From positions 64,001-128,000 of the forward strand of contig JBDRCC010000007.1 in assembly GCA_043822065.1 (NCBI GenBank): a stretch of DNA of 64,000 bases, read 5' to 3'. The DNA comes from an archaeon (GTDB taxonomy: Archaea > Undinarchaeota > CAZHTU01 > JBDRCC01). This document shows positions 47,215-57,531 of the stretch, piece after piece; within the stretch, counting starts at the first letter, position 1, and each line of letters opens with the position of its first letter. The translations under genes and the position numbers were made by a program. The notes under the pieces are model-generated. The model was not told the DNA's origin. It saw only the letters and a list, made by a program, of their open reading frames with translations, and searched no databases.

Positions 47215-47724
47215 CTAAACCAGGCTTGAAACGATGCTCTCGCCCTTATTCTTCTTTCTCCGGTACATGGCGAATGCCTCCGAGTCCCACCGGTTCAGGT
47301 CGTAGCTCCCTGCCTGCCTAATCTCAGGGTATACGAAAAAATCCTTTAGGAGCGGGTATTTCCGGTACAGGCGCGCCCTCCTGTCCTCCATTCTCTTTGC
47401 GAGCCTTTGCACCTTTCCCTTGTTCTGGGAGTAGACGTTTGCGAATATGTAAAGCTCCGTCGGTGAAAACCTGTTGCCGTACTCGAACGGGCTCCTCTTC
47501 CTGAAGTGCACAATTTTCGTCCTCGTAAGCCCAAGGCCGCTGACCAGCCTTCCGTTTGACACGCCAGACGATAGCTGGATGTTTTTGAACCCGAAGTCCT
47601 TCTCGAATATGCTCTTCAGCAGCCCAATCCTCCTGTTCCTGTGAAAGCTGCCCTTAAACGCCTGCGAGTCCTTGAAGCTGACCAGCCGCGTGACGTATGT
47701 TATATGCAGAACGTACCATACCAT
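47215..47724 (-). CDS. Hypothetical basic protein
   Basis: 169-aa ORF with TATAAAAA upstream. Confidence 0.65.
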   Translation of the reverse strand: MVWYVLHITYVTRLVSFKDSQAFKGSFHRNRRIGLLKSIFEKDFGFKNIQLSSGVSNGRLVSGLGLTRTKIVHFRKRSPFEYGNRFSPTELYIFANVYSQNKGKVQRLAKRMEDRRARLYRKYPLLKDFFVYPEIRQAGSYDLNRWDSEAFAMYRRKKNKGESIVSSLV

Positions 47725-47820
47725 TTTGCTCTTTTAAAGATGTCCCTGTTTTTATACTTAATTATTATCGGCAAGCTCCTCTGACTCCGGGTTTATATCC
47801 CGTTAAAAAATTTATGAAGC

Positions 47821-48912
47821 ATGACCCACCTGGCGCTTCAGGAAAGGATAAAGATACTTGCTGAGGCAAGCAAGTACGACACCTGCTCAGTGTCGGGGAT
47901 ATGCCACACCTGGGGACCGGACGGGCGCTGCATCGACCTTTACAAGACGCTCTCAAGCAACTGCTGTTCCGGCGAATGCACATACTGCCCGAACCGCTGC
48001 GGCAGGGACACCACCCGCACAAGCCTGTCCAAGGACGAGATAAAAAAGATTACCTGGGCGCTCTATAGGGGCAACTCAATCGAGGGCCTCTTCCTCTCAT
48101 CTGGCATAGTTGGGGACGCGCACCAGACGACAGATTTCCAGATAGATGTCGCCAGAGAGCTCCGCCAGGAGGGGTTTGCCGGCTACATCCACATAAGGCT
48201 GATGCCTGGCGTTGCAAAAAGCCAGATAGACGAGATATCCCACTATGCGGACAAGTTCGGGATAAATATCGAGACGACGTCCAGCTCCCATTACTCTGAA
48301 ATTTGCCCGAATTTTGACTACGGAATAGACGCAATGCGGCGGATGCGGTACACCGAGGACATAATCAAAAGACGCAGGCGCGAGGGGAGGATTGTCGGGG
48401 CGAACGACACCCAGTTTGTCGTGGGTGCGGCAGGCGAGTCCGACTGGGAGTACCTGAAAAAGACCGAGCGGCTAATCTCTGATTTCAGCCTCCGCAGGCC
48501 GTATTTCATGGCGTTCAATTCAGTGAAGCATACTCCCTTGGAAAAAGAGGCATCAGTCCCGCTTTGGAGGGAGCACAGGCTTTACCAGTCATTCTTCCTC
48601 CTTAAGGAATATGGGTTCAAGGCGTCAGAGTTCAGGCAAGTCCTTGCTGGAGGTAACCTCCAGAACACAGACCCGAAAGTGCTTCTCGCAGGCGACCTGA
48701 CCGTCGACATAAACTCTGCGGATGAGGCCGAGCTCCTCCGCGTCCCAGGAATCGGGCCGCGTTCAGCATACAGGATTATCAATTCAAGGCCAGTCCACAG
48801 CTTTCAGGAGCTAAAGAACCTCGGGGTCGTGCTTAAGCGCGTCGCACCGTACATCGAGCTGAACGGAAGCCGGCAGGAGAGGATTTCAAAATGGCTGCAG
48901 TCAGCGTGCTAA
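47821..48912 (+). CDS. Putative DNA modification/repair radical SAM protein with a C-terminal HhH (TIGR03916-like)
   Basis: ASKYD..S, GICHTW.PDGRC, CSGECTYC, EGLFLSSG, REHRLYQ, LLRVPGIG. Confidence 0.92.
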   Translation: MTHLALQERIKILAEASKYDTCSVSGICHTWGPDGRCIDLYKTLSSNCCSGECTYCPNRCGRDTTRTSLSKDEIKKITWALYRGNSIEGLFLSSGIVGDAHQTTDFQIDVARELRQEGFAGYIHIRLMPGVAKSQIDEISHYADKFGINIETTSSSHYSEICPNFDYGIDAMRRMRYTEDIIKRRRREGRIVGANDTQFVVGAAGESDWEYLKKTERLISDFSLRRPYFMAFNSVKHTPLEKEASVPLWREHRLYQSFFLLKEYGFKASEFRQVLAGGNLQNTDPKVLLAGDLTVDINSADEAELLRVPGIGPRSAYRIINSRPVHSFQELKNLGVVLKRVAPYIELNGSRQERISKWLQSAC

Positions 48913-49667
48913 TGCTCAAGAGGGTGTCCGCGCTCGCGCAGGCGGTCGAGCTTGCGAGGGAATATCCAGTCCGGGTAACCGGGATAGACTTTCCCTGGGG
49001 GCGCGGGGATTTGCTTTCTGAATTCGACATCGAGCTCGGCTTCGAGCCCTCAGACGCCGAGCTTCCCGGGCACTGGGTCGCGACAGTAAACCAGTGGTGC
49101 AAGATAAACACGCGGGGCTTTTTTGACATGTGCCTGCGGAACCGGGACCTTGATCCGAATCTCCTTGTGCGCGCGATTTTAAAAAATTACCAGGACACTA
49201 AGCAGCTCATGGTCAGTGGGGGGGACCTCGAGCTAAGGATACGCAAGGCGTTTCTTGAAGCCGGGCGGGAAAACCACCGGCTGAAGCAGTTTGTCCGGCC
49301 GCAGCACGACAGGGTGAACATGATTGCAAACCTCAAGTGCAGGCACAGGTTGTTCGACCTGTTCGGCAACTGGCTGAAGGCGCGGAACCCATGCCTGCAC
49401 GTCTACGTCCAGTGGGGCGGGCTTGTCTGGAAGGACGGAATAACTTACCCTGAATCAAAAATCGAGCTTCCCCTCATCGGCGAGAACCGGGAGATGAAGG
49501 CGATTTACCGCGCATTTTTTGAGGCGAACTACATACCTGAAAGGAGGAACAAGCGGGCTGCGATGCAGCACGTCCCCTTGAAGGCTGTGTCACTTTCGGA
49601 TGAAACAAAATGGCAGAGGCACCTTGCCGAAGTTGGAATCGAGAACAAGCTTACAAACTACCTTTGA
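48891..49667 (+). CDS. DUF4130 (TIGR03915-like) partner protein
   Basis: RENHRLKQFVR, YRAFF....IPERRN....QHVP; overlaps the radical SAM gene. Confidence 0.8.
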   Translation: MAAVSVLMLKRVSALAQAVELAREYPVRVTGIDFPWGRGDLLSEFDIELGFEPSDAELPGHWVATVNQWCKINTRGFFDMCLRNRDLDPNLLVRAILKNYQDTKQLMVSGGDLELRIRKAFLEAGRENHRLKQFVRPQHDRVNMIANLKCRHRLFDLFGNWLKARNPCLHVYVQWGGLVWKDGITYPESKIELPLIGENREMKAIYRAFFEANYIPERRNKRAAMQHVPLKAVSLSDETKWQRHLAEVGIENKLTNYL

Positions 49668-49706
49668 CTAGTAAGCTTTAATAATAGCTCGCTATTTACC
49701 TAAAAC

Positions 49707-50957
49707 ATGTACGAAATAAGGGAAGTCAGGGCGCGCCAGATTCTTGATTCGCGCGGGAACCCGACGGTAGAGGTTGATGTCAGGACCAGCAAGGGGTTCG
49801 GGCGCGCTGCCGTCCCCTCCGGCGCATCAACCGGCTCGTACGAGGCAGTCGAGCTGAGGGACAAGGGAAAATCATATGGCGGAAAATCTGTCCTGAACGC
49901 AGTCGAGAACGTCAACAAGGTCATCGCGCCCAAGCTTATGGGGCATGCCGCCACAGACCAGAAGGACATCGACGCCCTGATGGCCGAGCTTGACGGGACG
50001 GACAACAAGGGCAAGCTTGGCGCGAATGCAATACTCGGGGTTTCCATGGCAGTCGCAAAAGCCGCGGCGGACGCTGGCAAGGTTCCGCTGTACAAATACC
50101 TCTCCGAGACGATGCAGTTTTCCATGCCCGTGCCGTTCATGAACGTAATCAACGGCGGGAAGCACGCCGGCAACAGCCTTGACATTCAGGAGTACATGAT
50201 TGCGCCAATCGGGGCAAAATCCTTTTCGGAGGCGGTCATGATGTGCTCCGAGGTTTACCATTCCCTCAAACTGATGCTTAAGATGATGTACGGCCCGCCG
50301 GCGACCAACGTCGGCGACGAGGGCGGCTTCGCCCCGCCGATTTCTGACTATGCCGAGCCGCTAAACATAATGCTTAAGGCGGTTGAGCAGTGCGGCTACG
50401 GCGGGAAAGTGAAGCTCGCCTTGGACGCGGCATCCAGCGAATTCTTCTCCAAAGGCAAATACACCATAAGCGGCAAGCCGTATTCCGGGCCGGAGCTCGT
50501 TGACTTCTACACAAGCCTCTGCAAGGAATACCCAATAATATCCCTCGAGGACCCGTTCTCGGAGGATGACTGGGGCGGCTTTTCCAGCATCACTAAAAAG
50601 CTCGCCGGCAAGGTTGCAATAGTCGGGGACGACCTTTTTGTCACGAACCCATCGCGCCTGCAGAAGGGGATAGGCAAGGGCGCGGCAAACTCACTTCTCC
50701 TCAAGGTCAATCAGATTGGCACCGTTACGGAAGCCAAGGACGCGGCAAAGCTCGCGTTTGGCAGCAAATACTCAGTGATGGTCTCCCATCGCTCAGGCGA
50801 GACCGAGGACACGTTCATATCCGACCTGGCAGTTGGCATTGGCGCAGACCGGATAAAAAGCGGTGCGCCGGCAAGGGGGGAGCGGACTGCAAAATACAAC
50901 CAGCTCCTGCGGATAGAGGAATCCTTAGGCAAATCGCAATACGGATTAAAGCTGTAG
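49707..50957 (+). CDS. eno: Enolase
   Basis: DSRGNPTVE, PSGASTG, VGDEGGFAP, LLKVNQIG, SHRSGETED. Confidence 0.98.
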   Translation: MYEIREVRARQILDSRGNPTVEVDVRTSKGFGRAAVPSGASTGSYEAVELRDKGKSYGGKSVLNAVENVNKVIAPKLMGHAATDQKDIDALMAELDGTDNKGKLGANAILGVSMAVAKAAADAGKVPLYKYLSETMQFSMPVPFMNVINGGKHAGNSLDIQEYMIAPIGAKSFSEAVMMCSEVYHSLKLMLKMMYGPPATNVGDEGGFAPPISDYAEPLNIMLKAVEQCGYGGKVKLALDAASSEFFSKGKYTISGKPYSGPELVDFYTSLCKEYPIISLEDPFSEDDWGGFSSITKKLAGKVAIVGDDLFVTNPSRLQKGIGKGAANSLLLKVNQIGTVTEAKDAAKLAFGSKYSVMVSHRSGETEDTFISDLAVGIGADRIKSGAPARGERTAKYNQLLRIEESLGKSQYGLKL

Positions 50958-50970
50958 CATTGGTAGAACC

Positions 50971-51678
50971 ATGGCTTCAAAAAAGAAAAAAGCAAAAAAG
51001 GCAAAGCAAAAAATCAAAAAGCCGCTCCGGCGGAGAACGGCGAGGCAGCCTGTGCTGCGGACTGGGGACGCCACGCTTCAGAGAAGCGTCCAGAAGCGCG
51101 TTGATTCCCTCCACAAGCTGACTTTAGGCTTTGCGCGGAAGCTCCGCGACATCGAGTTCTCTCTGGAAAACGACATTTCCGTGCACAAAAAATCAACCGA
51201 TGCCGGGCTGAAGTCCCTTGGCGCCGATTTTGACGATAAGCTCGCCCTCCAGGCCCGCGAGTTCCACAAGAGCATTTTTAAGCTAAATGATGACGTCCAG
51301 CGGCAGATTATCGACGTCGAGGCAAACCTGTCAAACCGGCTCCGGGAGTTTGAGCACCTGATAGAGGACGTTTCGATAAAGCTCCAGCGCGACATAGACG
51401 TCCGCCAGCGGCTTGAGGGGATATCGCCGAACATTCCGGGGCGGCTCTCCGACCTTGAGCGGCAGATAGAGACCTCCCAGCACCTCATGACCGAGGTTGT
51501 CGAGCTTATCAACAAGTTCCGCTCCCAGTTCGACATGCGAAAGGTTGACAGCAGGATAAGCCAGATAGAGAACCGGGTAAACGACCTTGACCTTAAGGAG
51601 ATTAAGGCGCTTACGGCAAAGCTCGAGGAGATAAGGGGCGAGCTTAAGAAGGCGATTTCTTCACAAGGGAAGCTCTAA
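50971..51678 (+). CDS. Coiled-coil protein with a basic N-terminus
   Basis: Heptad pattern; poly-Lys start. Confidence 0.7.
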   Translation: MASKKKKAKKAKQKIKKPLRRRTARQPVLRTGDATLQRSVQKRVDSLHKLTLGFARKLRDIEFSLENDISVHKKSTDAGLKSLGADFDDKLALQAREFHKSIFKLNDDVQRQIIDVEANLSNRLREFEHLIEDVSIKLQRDIDVRQRLEGISPNIPGRLSDLERQIETSQHLMTEVVELINKFRSQFDMRKVDSRISQIENRVNDLDLKEIKALTAKLEEIRGELKKAISSQGKL

Positions 51679-52013
51679 CTGAACCTTTTTTTCTCGTAAA
51701 AGACGTAGTTCAGGAGGCTCATTATCTCAAACCCGAGGACAAGGAAAACGAACAGTATAATTGTGAGCCTCCACACCATTGGGTACATGTAAAGGAAGTT
51801 GCTGTATAGGAAGTACAGAAGTACGGCAGGGATATACAGGACTACGATGCCAATAAACAGGTATGCCATTTTCGTATGCTCAAGCATCAGCCTCTTTTCC
51901 CGCACGCTCAGCTTTCTGCTTTTGGCCCATTTGTCCCAGTAAAGGTAGTACATCAGCGCCGGAATGGCCACCGCGAACGTAACTACGAGCATTGTCAGTA
52001 TCTTCATCGGCAT
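51675..52013 (-). CDS. Three-TM membrane protein
   Basis: Three hydrophobic helices. Confidence 0.7.
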   Translation of the reverse strand: MPMKILTMLVVTFAVAIPALMYYLYWDKWAKSRKLSVREKRLMLEHTKMAYLFIGIVVLYIPAVLLYFLYSNFLYMYPMVWRLTIILFVFLVLGFEIMSLLNYVFYEKKRFS

Positions 52014-52050
52014 AAATATCCTTAAATAGAACTTCTTTTTATATCTTTAT

Positions 52051-52644
52051 ATGGCAAGCAAGGACGACCTGTCAAGGCTGACGCAATCAATAATTCTCGC
52101 CAAAAACGAGCTGTCAACCGCCATCTCGCAGGAAACGAAATCCCTCGACGACAGGATGGATAAGCTCTCCAGGAAGATGGAGCAGCTCAAGGCACAGCAG
52201 GCAGAGCTTGACAAAAGGGTCAAGGCAGTGGACCGGGACTCAAAGAAGAACTCAAAGATAATCGAGTCCCAGGTCGAGGACTACCTCCCAACGCAGGTCA
52301 CCCATCTTAACGCCCAGGTTGCAAGCTTGAATGAACGGGCAGGAGGCCTGCAGTCAAAGATGGAGACCGTAAAGACAATCCTTGACAAAGTGGTGGACAT
52401 GCTAAAATCAGGCACCGGGCCGTCGTCTGACCTCATGGAGCGCGTGGATGCCCTGGAAGGCCGCTGGGCGGAATTCGAGTCGCTTAACCTGCTGCCGCTT
52501 ATAGACAAGCTGGAGTCCATACAGGAAGACATACGCAGCGCGCATTCCAGCCTTCCTGCGAGGGACATCAGCGAGCTTGACATCCGTATGAGCACGATGG
52601 AGTCCAAGATTGCGGGGAAAGCCCAAAACAGGGACAGCGAGTAG
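52051..52644 (+). CDS. Coiled-coil protein
   Basis: Heptad pattern. Confidence 0.7.
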   Translation: MASKDDLSRLTQSIILAKNELSTAISQETKSLDDRMDKLSRKMEQLKAQQAELDKRVKAVDRDSKKNSKIIESQVEDYLPTQVTHLNAQVASLNERAGGLQSKMETVKTILDKVVDMLKSGTGPSSDLMERVDALEGRWAEFESLNLLPLIDKLESIQEDIRSAHSSLPARDISELDIRMSTMESKIAGKAQNRDSE

Positions 52645-52683
52645 GCAACTTATTTATATCCTGGTTCCAATACCCAGTATTAA

Positions 52684-55572
52684 ATGGCAGACTTCCAAAA
52701 GATAGAAAAGAAGTGGCAAAAGCGCTGGAAGGAGTCAAAAATTTTTGAGGGGCAGCCCGACCCATCGCGAAAAAAGTTTTTCATAACTGTCCCTTACCCC
52801 TACGTCAGCGGCCCCTACCACATCGGGCACGGGCGGTCATACATAATCGGCGACGTTTTCGCCAGGTACAAGCGGCTGAAGGGGTACAACGTCCTTTTCC
52901 CTATGGCGTATCACGTCACCGGCACGCCAGTCCTTGCGGTTTCACAGGGCATAAAGTCGTCAGACCCGAAATTTGTCAGCCAGATGAGGGAGTACATCGC
53001 AATCCACACCCAGAACCCGCAGGAGGTTGAAAAGATACTGAACTCGTTTACCGACCCATGGAGCGTCTACGAATACTTCTCAAACACAATGCGCGTCGAC
53101 TTTGAGAGCATCGGGATGGGCGTCGACTGGAGGCGCGACTTTACCACAGGGGACAAGATATACAACCAGTTCATCTGGTGGCAGTACTTCAAGTTCAAGG
53201 AGAAGGGCTACCTCGTCAAGGGGAGCTACCCGATTCTCTACAGTATAGCTGACCAGAACGCAGTCGGTGAGGACGACATAAAGGATGGGGACATCGACAA
53301 GGTCTCAATCAGCGAGTTCAGCCTCCTCAAGTTTAAGTTTGACGGCGCCTACATTGTTGCCGCAACCCTGCGCCCAGAAACGGTTTTCGGCCAGACAAAC
53401 ATGTGGGTCCACCCTGACGTTGAATACGTCAAGGCACAGTTCGGCAAAGAGGCGTGGGTGCTCAGCCAGCCCTGTTTTGACAAGCTGAAGTACCAGGGAA
53501 AAGAAGGCAAAATTACAGGAAAAATAAGGGGCAGCGAGATGCTTGGCAGATACTGCCACGCGCCAGGCGTTGAGCGGGACATAATAATCCTCCCTTCTTA
53601 CCACTGTGACCCGGATGTCGGCACCGGGCTCGTCACATCCGTCCCATCCGATGCGCCATTCGACTGGATGGGCCTGCATGACTTGCAGAAGGACAGAAAG
53701 CTTGCTGAGAAATTCGGATTGAGCTATGAAAAAATCAAGGCGATAAAGCCAATCCCGATAATCAAGTCCAAAGGATATGGTGACCTTCCAGGGGTGGAGA
53801 TATGCGAAAAGATGAAGATACGCTCCCAGGCGGAGTTTGAAAAGCTGACCGAGGCGACCAACGAGATATACAAGCTCGGCTTCCACACTGGGGTTATGAT
53901 GGATGCCTGCGGCGAATATGCAGGCATGTCGGTCCAGGAGGCAAAGGACAAGGTCAAGGCAGACCTTGAGTCAAAGGGCCTTGCTGACACCATGTATGAA
54001 GCTTCCAGGAAAGCAGAGACGAGGGGCGGCGGGAAGGTCATCGTGGCGAAGCTGGACGACCAGTGGTTCCTTGACTACAAGGCAGGGAGCTGGAAAAAGC
54101 TGGCATCAGACTGCCTCAAGCAGATGGTTATATACCCTGAAAAATACCGCGGGCTTTTCGAAGTCACGTTTGACTGGCTTGACAAGAGGCCTTGCGCAAG
54201 AAAGCGCGGTCTTGGGACGCAACTGCCGTTCGACACCCACTGGGTGATTGAGTCTCTAAGCGACTCGACGATTTACATGGCGTTTTACACAATCGCAGGT
54301 ATAATAAAACAGAACAAAATCCGGCCAGAGTGCCTGATACCTGAAGTATTCGATTTCGTCTTCCTTTCGAAGGGCAGCCTTGCTGACGTTTCAAAGCGCA
54401 GTAAAATAGGCGAGACGGTCTTGCAGGCGATGCATGCCGAATTCAATTACTGGTACCCGATGGACCTGAGGCATACTGCGATAATGCACATAAACAACCA
54501 CCTCAGCTTCTCCATCTTCCACCATGCCGCAATATTCCCTGCGAAGCTCTGGCCCAAGGCGTTTACCCTTATAGAGCCGGTTATAGCCGAAGGAAAGAAA
54601 ATCGGCAAGTCCAAGGGCAATGTCATCCCCCTTGCTGTGGTCAGCAGAAAATATGGCGCCGACCTATTTAGGCTTTACATGATAAACAACGCCGAGTTTG
54701 GGACCACGGTCGACTGGAGGGAGCCCGAGGTAATCGCAACCAAGAAACAGCTTGAAAAGTTCTACTCGTTTGTCCTGGATGCGGTCGAGCTTTCAAAAAA
54801 AGCAAAGAAATCTGAATCCGTACACGCAAAGGCAGCGCTGTCCTTCTTCAACCGTCAGCTGAGGGAGATTGAGTCCCACCTTGACGGATACAACCTGCGG
54901 AAGTACACGCAGTCCGCTTTCTACTCGCTGTTCAACTACATGCAGTCCATGCAAAAGCTCCTGACCGAAGCGGAGCAGGGCTATGTCTTTAAGGAGATAC
55001 TGCCTAAATGGGTGGTTGTCCTTTCCCCGGTTATGCCCCACTTTGCGGAGGAGGCATGGGAGCTCCTCGGCAACAAGCCCTTCGCGTCCCTCTCCGCATG
55101 GCCGGTTGCGGACGGCAAGCTCATAGACGAAGGCGCTGAAATCGCAAGCCAGACTATCACGAATACCCTATCCGATACTGAGATTGTCATGAAACTGGCT
55201 AAAATCGAAAAGCCGTCCAAGATAAGCCTTTTCGTTGCCCATGACTGGAAGTTTAGGCTCTTTTCCAGCATCAAGGCGGCGATGGAGAATACAAGGAACC
55301 CAAAGGACATACTCGACCTGCTGATGAAAGACACAGAGCTAAAGAAGCACTCGAAAGACATGCCAAAAATAGTCTTCTCCGTACTCAAGGACCCATCAAA
55401 GATACCGCCTATAATCCTTGACCAGAAGGCAGAGCTCAAGGCAGTAGAGTCGTCAGTCGCGCTTCTCAAGGAAAAGTATGGCTGCCAGGCATCAGTTCAG
55501 CTTGCTGAAAAATCGTCCGAGCCAAAGGCAAACTCAGCCCTTCCAGGCAAGCCTGCGATACTGGTTGCCTAA
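52684..55572 (+). CDS. leuS: Leucine--tRNA ligase (archaeal type)
   Basis: PYPY.SG.YHIGH, ATLRPET, GTGLVTSVPSDAP.D, ESLSDST, KIGKS, PGKPAI. Confidence 0.97.
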   Translation: MADFQKIEKKWQKRWKESKIFEGQPDPSRKKFFITVPYPYVSGPYHIGHGRSYIIGDVFARYKRLKGYNVLFPMAYHVTGTPVLAVSQGIKSSDPKFVSQMREYIAIHTQNPQEVEKILNSFTDPWSVYEYFSNTMRVDFESIGMGVDWRRDFTTGDKIYNQFIWWQYFKFKEKGYLVKGSYPILYSIADQNAVGEDDIKDGDIDKVSISEFSLLKFKFDGAYIVAATLRPETVFGQTNMWVHPDVEYVKAQFGKEAWVLSQPCFDKLKYQGKEGKITGKIRGSEMLGRYCHAPGVERDIIILPSYHCDPDVGTGLVTSVPSDAPFDWMGLHDLQKDRKLAEKFGLSYEKIKAIKPIPIIKSKGYGDLPGVEICEKMKIRSQAEFEKLTEATNEIYKLGFHTGVMMDACGEYAGMSVQEAKDKVKADLESKGLADTMYEASRKAETRGGGKVIVAKLDDQWFLDYKAGSWKKLASDCLKQMVIYPEKYRGLFEVTFDWLDKRPCARKRGLGTQLPFDTHWVIESLSDSTIYMAFYTIAGIIKQNKIRPECLIPEVFDFVFLSKGSLADVSKRSKIGETVLQAMHAEFNYWYPMDLRHTAIMHINNHLSFSIFHHAAIFPAKLWPKAFTLIEPVIAEGKKIGKSKGNVIPLAVVSRKYGADLFRLYMINNAEFGTTVDWREPEVIATKKQLEKFYSFVLDAVELSKKAKKSESVHAKAALSFFNRQLREIESHLDGYNLRKYTQSAFYSLFNYMQSMQKLLTEAEQGYVFKEILPKWVVVLSPVMPHFAEEAWELLGNKPFASLSAWPVADGKLIDEGAEIASQTITNTLSDTEIVMKLAKIEKPSKISLFVAHDWKFRLFSSIKAAMENTRNPKDILDLLMKDTELKKHSKDMPKIVFSVLKDPSKIPPIILDQKAELKAVESSVALLKEKYGCQASVQLAEKSSEPKANSALPGKPAILVA

Positions 55573-55925
55573 AAGGCAGATAGGAGCGCTTCGTCCTCTT
55601 GCTTAAGCCGGAGTTCACTTACCGAGACAATTTCACCCTCTGTCTTCAGGTTTCTAGCCTTCAGCGCGGCGAAGACTACAGAGTAAACGAGCTTATTGTC
55701 CGGGAATACCAGCGAATACGCACGGGCACCGTCTCCGTGCATTAAGAATATGGCGCCTTTTCGTCCCCTGGTAGAGATGTCAAGCCTTGGCGGCCTCTGC
55801 TGGCTGAGCTGGCTGCTTATCCCATGCATATCTAGCTCAGCCCGCAGGTTAATCGCCTGGAATAGCTCTGCCATTGACGGGTAATTAAGGTGGGTGTTGA
55901 AGCTCAGTTTTATAGCTAATGGCAT
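55569..55925 (-). CDS. Hypothetical protein
   Basis: ORF with GGTTTAAAAG upstream. Confidence 0.55.
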   Translation of the reverse strand: MPLAIKLSFNTHLNYPSMAELFQAINLRAELDMHGISSQLSQQRPPRLDISTRGRKGAIFLMHGDGARAYSLVFPDNKLVYSVVFAALKARNLKTEGEIVSVSELRLKQEDEALLSAF

Positions 55926-55964
55926 AATGGTGTTATGGCGCAGGTGCTTTTAAACCTTGACATC

Positions 55965-56330
55965 TCATTCCTGTATGGTGTCAGGTCCCTTGAACTTTGT
56001 AACTTTGTCTGCCTCAATTAGTGGGTCGCAGACGCATTCTGCGTCGCAGGGGAAGACAATGTAATCTCCATACACGGCCACATTGTAGCCCCGGAATTTT
56101 TCCAGGGATTTTCCCTCAACCCGCACACTAGTCCCCCGTATGTAGTAATCCCCTAGGCAGCCGAGGAGCCTTCCGTCAAACTTGCCCTGTATTAGGGTTC
56201 CCACGGTCTGGACTTTTGGGATTTCGCTGCTGGCGTTCTGCTGGAGATAAACTGGATCGTAATACTTGTAGTCCTTAACCGACACGCATCCAGCGGCAAT
56301 AAGCACTATTACAAGCAGAGCCCACTTCAT
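55965..56330 (-). CDS. Small lipoprotein-like protein
   Basis: MKWALL...AAGC lipobox-like signal. Confidence 0.65.
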   Translation of the reverse strand: MKWALLVIVLIAAGCVSVKDYKYYDPVYLQQNASSEIPKVQTVGTLIQGKFDGRLLGCLGDYYIRGTSVRVEGKSLEKFRGYNVAVYGDYIVFPCDAECVCDPLIEADKVTKFKGPDTIQE

Positions 56331-56360
56331 AGAATCCCAGAAAACCCCAGGCAATATAAA

Positions 56361-56900
56361 CTATTCGGTTACGACAAGCGTTCCCTTTTCGGAATGCCCA
56401 AACTCATTGCAATAGTATGTGAATGTCCCTGCATTGTCCGCCTTGAACTCGACCACGGTCATGTCCATCCTGTCCTTCCCCGCCGGCACCTGGACATAGA
56501 CGCCGTATTCGTCAAGTGCGAAGCTGTGGGCTGTGTTGTAGTCGCCGCTCGCTATCTTCAGGCGTACGATATCCCCCATTGAGACGCGTATCCGGTCTGG
56601 GGTGAACCTGAACTTCCTGATAAGCAGAAGGGTTTCACCGGCGGAGGCGGCTTCGTCTGGCTCGTTGCCAGAAGCAAGCACCACGAAAGGCGCCGGCTGG
56701 GATGCCCCGAACTCAGACTCAATCTCCGCGAATGTCTTTTTGTCTTCCACCTGTGCCGATGGCTGGTCTGATGCCTTTAGCTCTACGCCAGAGCCAAATC
56801 CGTCAACAGTTGGAAAAGCGCCAAAATCAAAGCCCTTGACGTAGCCCCCAAAAAGGACTAAAAGACCCACCGTCATGAGCACCCACCATGCCTGTTTCAT
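56361..56900 (-). CDS. Membrane-anchored cupredoxin-domain protein
   Basis: F.FTP..I.V..GD.V, HSF, GTFTYYC...GH..G.L.V. Confidence 0.85.
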   Translation of the reverse strand: MKQAWWVLMTVGLLVLFGGYVKGFDFGAFPTVDGFGSGVELKASDQPSAQVEDKKTFAEIESEFGASQPAPFVVLASGNEPDEAASAGETLLLIRKFRFTPDRIRVSMGDIVRLKIASGDYNTAHSFALDEYGVYVQVPAGKDRMDMTVVEFKADNAGTFTYYCNEFGHSEKGTLVVTE

Positions 56901-56943
56901 AATTCTCTATTGCCCGGATGTTCTTTATAAACCTTGCGTTTGC

Positions 56944-57531
56944 TTATCTGCCTTTCCCTCGGCTCTCTTCGTATATCCTCAATAACTCTGATACCACATT
57001 CTCAGGAGGCGTTAACTTCTCCTTGTTTTTCTCCAGCTCTTCCACATAATTAGCAACTGCTACCATCCAATCCCTGACACCACGCAGGGCGAAATCAAGC
57101 ATATCCTCATTGAACTTCACACTAATTATTCCCGCATTTATCTTACTGGAAACATCTCTCATCTTTTTGATATTGTCGTACCTCAATACATCTGTTGTCT
57201 CCACTTTTGAATCTACACCGTACATATAAATCTGCGCAAAAAACAATTCGATTAGATTTGCATAGCTCTTGAAGATGAAAAGCGCCTTGTAGTAGGGTGT
57301 CAAATCATCAGTCCATGGCTTCCATTCTGTCTGGAACTGATTTTGGAGCTGAAGTAAAATTGGAATTTCCTCAATTGTCATTATTTCTTTAATAAAATCG
57401 TGGACTGTTTCCATAGAGGAACGGATATTTTCGCCGACCGCCACAATGTCTGAAGTACTGCGCTTTTTTTTCTTCCAATGCCCCACCATACTCGAAGCAT
57501 AAGCCTCAAGTAGGTCAGATGTCTTAGCCAT
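56944..57531 (-). CDS. Hypothetical AT-rich orphan protein
   Basis: 195-aa ORF, visibly AT-rich, directly downstream of tRNA-Ala. Confidence 0.65.
   Translation of the reverse strand: MAKTSDLLEAYASSMVGHWKKKKRSTSDIVAVGENIRSSMETVHDFIKEIMTIEEIPILLQLQNQFQTEWKPWTDDLTPYYKALFIFKSYANLIELFFAQIYMYGVDSKVETTDVLRYDNIKKMRDVSSKINAGIISVKFNEDMLDFALRGVRDWMVAVANYVEELEKNKEKLTPPENVVSELLRIYEESRGKGR

Noticed and set aside
52684-55572. LeuRS KIGKS in place of KMSKS as a sign of inactivation
   Set aside because: Both lysines and all other motifs are retained, so this looks like an ordinary variant
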